The notes under the pieces are model-generated. The model saw only the letters and a list, made by a program, of their open reading frames with translations. It ran no database searches and was not told where the DNA came from. A stretch of DNA of 64,000 nt from Octopus sinensis. Lineage: Eukaryota. Below are positions 63,557 through 64,000 of this stretch, one piece after another. Both the position numbers and the translations under genes were made by a program. Every line of letters starts with the position of its first letter. Position 1 is the first letter of the stretch. The stretch spans positions 186,000,001 through 186,064,000 of the forward strand of contig NC_042998.1 in the NCBI RefSeq assembly GCF_006345805.1, read 5' to 3'.

Positions 63557-63894
63557 TCAAATTCCGCCGAGGTCGACTTTGCCTTTCATCCTTTCGGGGG
63601 GGATTAAATAAGTACCAGTTACGCTCTGGGATCCATGTAATTGACTTAATCCGTTTGTCTGTCCTTGTTTGTCCCCTCTGTGTTTAGCCCCTTGTGGGTA
63701 GTAAAGAAATAGGTATTTCATCTGCCGCTACGTTCTGAGTTCAAATTCCACTGAGGTCGACTTTGCCTTTCATCCTTTCGGGGTCGATTAAATAAGTACC
63801 AGTTATGCACTTGGGTCGATATAATCAACTTAATCCGTTTGCCTGTCCTTGTTTGTCCCCTCTGTGTTTAGCCCCTTGTGGGTAGTAAAGAAAT
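63557..63894 (+). mobile_element. SINE family B dimer, 5'-truncated
   Basis: TSD AGGTATGGTGGT at 63545-63556 and 63895-63906. Confidence 0.87.
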
Positions 63895-64000
63895 AGGTAT
63901 GGTGGTATGATTAAGAAGCTTGCTTTATATCTATGTGCTTTCGGGTTCAGTCCCACTTTGTGGTACCTTTGGCAAGTCTCTTCCACTATAATATTGGGCT

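Noticed and set aside
45743-64000. Expected second ITPR coding exon (LVDDRCVV...PPKKFR)
   Set aside because: No matching sequence was seen by eye. It probably lies beyond the window, though a diverged short exon could have been missed.

Overview
AT-rich, microsatellite- and transposon-dense animal DNA. The SINE, RTE and Penelope families and the simple-repeat style point to an Octopus genome (inference, not checked by search). The only host coding sequence I recognise is the first coding exon of an IP3 receptor (ITPR; + strand, 45654-45736, [28 protein letters not shown]), followed by a long intron that runs off the window. The rest is repeats: a young 5'-truncated RTE LINE (36773-40297) plus about a dozen RTE 3' ends, several tRNA-derived SINE families, Tc1 and mariner relics, MITEs, piggyBac-type MITEs, Helitrons, a Ty3/gypsy gag-pro-LTR fragment, Tx1/L1 and CR1-like fragments, and Penelope-like (PLE) remnants. 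The most notable pattern is a set of type I hammerhead-ribozyme motifs tied to PLE ends: one complete motif inside a fold-back element, a head-to-tail tandem pair just downstream of a GIY-YIG ORF (retrozyme-like), one with a palindromic stem III, and several minimal decayed copies. A SINE family also appears to insert into its own internal GGTAT(TTCGTC) motif, building tandem multimers. Most listed ORFs are microsatellite artefacts. Repeat-family labels A-G are my own working names. Repeat boundaries are approximate unless a TSD or TIR is quoted.
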